Part shown: one piece after another, positions 37,069 to 41,212 of the stretch
Position numbering within the stretch: the first letter of the stretch is position 1
Layout of the letters: each line of letters opens with the position of its first letter
Assembly (NCBI GenBank): GCA_026770705.1
Contig: JANJGN010003720.1
Coordinates: 1 to 41,212 of the forward strand
Source: Isurus oxyrinchus
Taxonomy: Eukaryota
Direction of reading: 5' to 3'
Length of the DNA stretch: 41,212 bases
Notes under the pieces: model-generated
Told to the model about the DNA's origin: nothing
Database searches by the model: none
What the model saw: only the letters and a program-made list of their open reading frames with translations
Made by a program: the position numbers and the translations under genes

Positions 37069-37404
37069 GTAAGAAATACAAACCGAGGAAGGAATAGATC
37101 ATTCTGCTCTCTGATGTTAGTCAAATCAGGAATTTATTGGAGTTAGTACAAGCACAGAAGAATTTCTTATTTATTCTCATGTAGTTGTTATTTAATTCCA
37201 ATGTAAGTGCTACATTCAGATTGTTCACCATTCAGGATTTTATCACATCACGTCTCTACATTGACGTCATAGAGTGTGTGAGGTGGACTTGATATCAACT
37301 TTACCCTGAGACAGCTGATCATATTTGGAGAGGCAGAAGGTGCCTGGAACCCTTCACTGGTAACAGCTTCAGGATGGAGTGTTGGAAAGTGCATCCACCC
37401 TATT

Positions 37405-37600
37405 TATAAAACAGCTTTCAGTACTGCATTCCAGGGCCCAGGAATGATACATTTGTATTGGGATTGGGGCAACGCAGATTCATGAGAATGTTACCGGGGC
37501 TGAAGGACTTAAATTATGGGAATGATTTACACAGACCAAGCTGGTTTTCCATTGTGTAAAGAAGATTAAAGACGATAGTTAGAGGTTGATATGTCCAAGG
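37405..37600 (+). mobile_element. Highly decayed CR1 fragment in the Cmu2-Cmu3 intron
   Basis: gcaacgcagattcatgagaatgttaccggggctgaagg (QRRFMRMLPGLK) motif. Confidence 0.65.
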
Positions 37601-37691
37601 TGATTTATTCTCCTTTAGGGAGTGAAGGCTGAATACTACTGTGCTGATTCTGAAGGTGAAAGTTTGATTGATTTTCATTTCTGTCTCACAG

Positions 37692-37997
37692 GTGATGACC
37701 ACTGCCCCAACAATCCCACAATACTGCCACCTCCAGTAGAACAGGTCTTACTGGAGGCAACCGTGACCTTAACCTGCATCGTATCCAATGCTCCTTATGG
37801 AGTCCTCGTGAGCTGGACACAAGAAAAGAAGCCTTTGAAATCAGAGATCGCCGTCCAACCGGGAGAGGATCCCAACAGCGTGGTCAGCAACGTAAACATC
37901 TCGACACAAGCCTGGCTGAGTGGGGCTGAGTTCAACTGCGTGGTGAGCCATCAGGATCTGCCGACTCCTTTAAGAAGTTCCATCCACAAGGAATCAG
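37692..37997 (+). CDS. IGHM: IgM constant exon Cmu3
   Basis: Acceptor ctcacag|, (G)[58 protein letters not shown], donor G|gtgag. Confidence 0.96.
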
Positions 37998-38389
37998 GTG
38001 AGCGGTGAGATTGAAGCAATAAGTAGTTCAACGTGTCTATTTCCAGTGTAAGTGTCAGGATCAATATTTACTATTCAGTGTATTCATGGTCTACTCTGAT
38101 TAGCAATTTCGTCAACTAAACGGTCTGGGCCTGTGGACTTTCAGGGGGAAATTGATAAGTAGATGAATGAACAATGAATTGAAGGCTGTGCCATTGGGTT
38201 TAGATGAAGCAAGATGGGAGGAGCCTGGTGTGAAGCTGAAACACCAACATGGACCAGTTGGGCAGAATGGCCTGTTTCTGTGCTGTAAACTTTGAGAAAC
38301 TTTCTCGTCCAACCCCATAGGTTCTCAGGGAAAAGGATTGTGCCACCTCTGCTCCAAGCTGGAAAGCCGGACAGATCCCAAAGTATTTT

Positions 38390-38590
38390 ATTTACTAATT
38401 CATGGGATGTGGGCGTTGCTGGCTGGGCCAGAGTTATTGCCCATCCCTAACTGCCCTTGACAAGGTGTTGGTGAGCTGCCTTCTTGAACCGCTGCAGTCC
38501 ATGTGGTGTAGATACACCCACAGTGCTGTTAGGGAGGGAGTTCCAGGATTTTGATTCAGCTATAGTGAAGGATCGGTGATATATTTCCAA
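38390..38590 (-). mobile_element. LINE/SINE shared 3' tail fragment in the Cmu3-Cmu4 intron
   Basis: catgggatgtgggcgttgctggctgggccag..ttgcccatccctaactgcccttga..gagttccaggattttga, homologous to 29880-30055. Confidence 0.8.
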
Positions 38591-38711
38591 GAAGTGGATA
38601 ATGAAAAACCTTAATATTCATCACAAAACACATTTCTCTCACATCTAACCAGCGGTTTCATTGTCTACGAAAGTATCCAGTTTATTGACGTTTATTGTAC
38701 ATTTTCTGCAG

Positions 38712-39103
38712 TTAAAGACCCGCGGGAACCGTCCGTGTCTGTCCTCCTGCCCTCGGCAGAAGATGTCTCCGCTCAGAGGTTCGTCTCCCTCAGCTGCTTA
38801 GTGAGAGGTTTCTCCCCGCGAGAGATTTTCGTCAAGTGGACCGTCAATGACAAGCCGGTGAATCCCGGAAACTACAAGAACACCGAGGTAGTGGCGGAGA
38901 ATGGCAATCGCTCCTTCTTCATGTACAGCCTGTTATCCATTGCAGCGGAGGAGTGGGCCAGCGGAGCTTCTTACTCCTGTGTGGTGGGACATGAAGCGAT
39001 CCCCTTGAAGATCATCAACAGAACGGTTGATAAATCCAGCGGTAAACCGAGTTTCGTGAACATTTCCCTTGCACTGATGGACACCGTTAATTCATGTCAA
39101 TGA
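38712..39103 (+). CDS. IGHM: IgM constant exon Cmu4 + secretory tailpiece
   Basis: Acceptor ttctgcag|, (V)[75 protein letters not shown]; tailpiece has an N-glycan sequon and a penultimate Cys. Confidence 0.98.
39039..39047 (+). other. Internal Cmu4 splice donor for the membrane form (G|gtaaac at 39041/39042)
   Basis: Donor at the S-G-K junction, the conserved position used to splice to TM exons in IgM. Confidence 0.8.
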
Positions 39104-39130
39104 GAATCCATCGGTTACATTTCAAACATC

Positions 39131-39146
39131 AATAAAAAAAAATAAA
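39131..39146 (+). terminator. Secretory-form polyadenylation signals (two AATAAA)
   Basis: AATAAA at 39131-39136 and 39141-39146, about 30 bp after the stop, with T/GT-rich sequence downstream. Confidence 0.88.
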
Positions 39147-39544
39147 GTCCTTTTCTCTAATCGTGATTTAAATACACAATCGTTTAATCAACGTTGTTTT
39201 CTACTTTTGCTGATGTTAGACCTGTTTAGTTAAAATCGGATATTTACAGGGCTCACACCCAAGTCTTGTATACCCAGTGCTCCCAGCTCAGATACACCCT
39301 GGGTTAGAGACAGAGTAAAGCTCATTCATTACGGGATTCTGCAAAATAACTTCACCAACTTCCCTCCCACTGAGGTGAAATCTGACAATTCCCATTTCAG
39401 ACAAACAAACACAGCACATTTAGATCTGGGTGTTCCTGCTTCTCTTATTGTCCATTCCTTTAAAATGGATGTCACCTTTAAGCTGCTGCACCACACCCAC
39501 TGGGAACTGAAGTGGATTCACACAGAAACATGTCCCAACAATCC

Positions 39545-39895
39545 CCCATCAGGGAGAGAGGGAAGGGAAATTATTAACCCAATGTACCCCCTCTTCCCCA
39601 ACAGAGAGAGGGGGGAAGGGGACATTGTTAACCCATTGCACCTCCACTTCCACAACAGTGGGTGGGGGGGGGGCGAATTGTTTAGCCACTTTACCCCACT
39701 TTCCCAACAGAGAGAGGGGAAGGGAAATTGGTAACCCACTGTGCCTCCACTTCCCCAACAGAGAAAACTGAAAGGAAAATTTTAAGCCAATTTTACCTCC
39801 ACTTGCTAAACAGAAAGACGAGGAAGGTCATTGATTAACCCGGTGTGTCTCCACCTTCTCAGCAGAGAGAACCAAAAGGGAAATTGCTTAGACAA
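39545..39895. repeat. ~52-bp diverged tandem repeat, about 7 copies
   Basis: Unit aacagagagaggggaagggaaattgttaacccactgtacctccacttcccc. Confidence 0.85.
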
Positions 39896-40364
39896 CCAGA
39901 CAGAGCAAAACTATTAGCTCACTGGACCCTCAACAAGCAGAGAATCTGGAAGGGAACGGGTCTCTACTGTCAGGACTCAGTTACCAACAGTCCAAGTCCG
40001 CTTCCAGCTTACTGGCCACAGATTTTAAACTCCCATCATGCTTAGGATGTTGTAAAAACATCTATTTATGCAACATAAATTTGAAGATCTTTTAACACCC
40101 TTGTTCCTGTTAAGCTTATGCTAAGATTGGTTTCCCATAATCTGAATCTAAACTGGTGATTGAATCCTCCCTGAGTTGTTCAAGGTTCTGTCCCTGAATT
40201 TTATGAGGCACATGGTTGATTGTTTGCATTCGTTCACCTGATATCACCTTGCATCTCACAAAAAACACGTTTATACACAGAACATTGAAACTATTCACCA
40301 AAACTTTCACCATCAAGGTCAGACTCGATCATTGGTACTGGTGAAATTCGGGAAAATAGTAAAA

Positions 40365-41165
40365 GTACACACAGCTGACACAAATGGACAGACACAAACA
40401 TGCGTACACACGCACATAGGCACAGACACGCAGACACAAACACACACAGGTACAGGCAGACACATTTACACCCACACATGCGCACCCACACAAACACAGG
40501 CAGACACAGGCAGACACACATAAACAAATACACACACACATGCACACACACACGCACACATGCACACACAATCACAAACACAGATGCACATACACAGACA
40601 CACACGTACACACACTTGCACACATAAACAAATACATGCACACAATCACACACATGCAGAAATACACACACAGAGACACTCGCTCACACACATATACACA
40701 ATCACACACACACAAACAGATAAAACCAGACAAGCAGATTCATACAAGGACACAAAGCACAAATGTAACTATTAACATATGCATTATTACACGTTCACAA
40801 TGACATAAATACAGACATAAAGACACACACTATTGTATGCATTAAAACAAATACATGGACATACATTAACACATGCACACATATGAGCAGACGACACCCA
40901 GACACAAAAACATAGAGGAACAGACGAACACATTCACAGGCACACATATAGACACAAACATGAATATACTCACACACAGTAGAAAACAAAAAACACACGT
41001 TAGTACATATGAAAACATATACACACATTGATACATAGTTCTAAATATCGATCAACACACAAATGCACATATTAAAAACTCCCTCTCTCTCTCTCTCGCT
41101 GTGTCACACAATCACACAGACGCTGTGACACAGACATTAATATGCTGACAGACACGTGGAACACA
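40365..41165. repeat. Degenerate (CA)n-rich low-complexity tract
   Basis: Direct reading; explains the H/T- and C/V-rich ORFs. Confidence 0.92.
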
Positions 41166-41212
41166 AAAAGAAACATTAACACTCATATTAGCAGGCACAC
41201 TTTAAATAGGTA

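Noticed and set aside
37262-37269. Perfect CRE TGACGTCA in the Cmu2-Cmu3 intron
   Set aside because: A single 8-mer without supporting context.

Overview
Vertebrate genomic DNA, most likely from a cartilaginous fish (shark), containing one apparently intact, unrearranged IgM heavy-chain cluster on the + strand. The cluster runs leader exon - VH - D1 - D2 - JH (RSS spacers 23 / 12,22 / 12,12 / 23) within about 1.8 kb, then a 9.65-kb J-C intron, then Cmu1-Cmu4 with a secretory tailpiece and polyA signals. No transmembrane exons are recognisable inside the window. The upstream 24 kb is repeat-derived: a ~7-kb satellite with a 54-bp (2x27) unit and higher-order structure, CR1, RTE and other LINE fragments, tRNA-derived SINEs, and Penelope-like elements, one carrying a minimal hammerhead ribozyme core. 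The most striking unexplained structure is in the J-C intron, 1.2-4 kb upstream of Cmu1: a promoter-like motif cluster, a C-rich tandem tract, and then a ~1.4-1.6-kb strand-asymmetric G-rich 24-bp repeat dense in RGYW (GGCA) motifs. This resembles an I-promoter plus class-switch (S) region in a lineage generally described as lacking S regions. That reading is a hypothesis from sequence architecture only. Repeat-family names come from recognition by eye, not from a database search.
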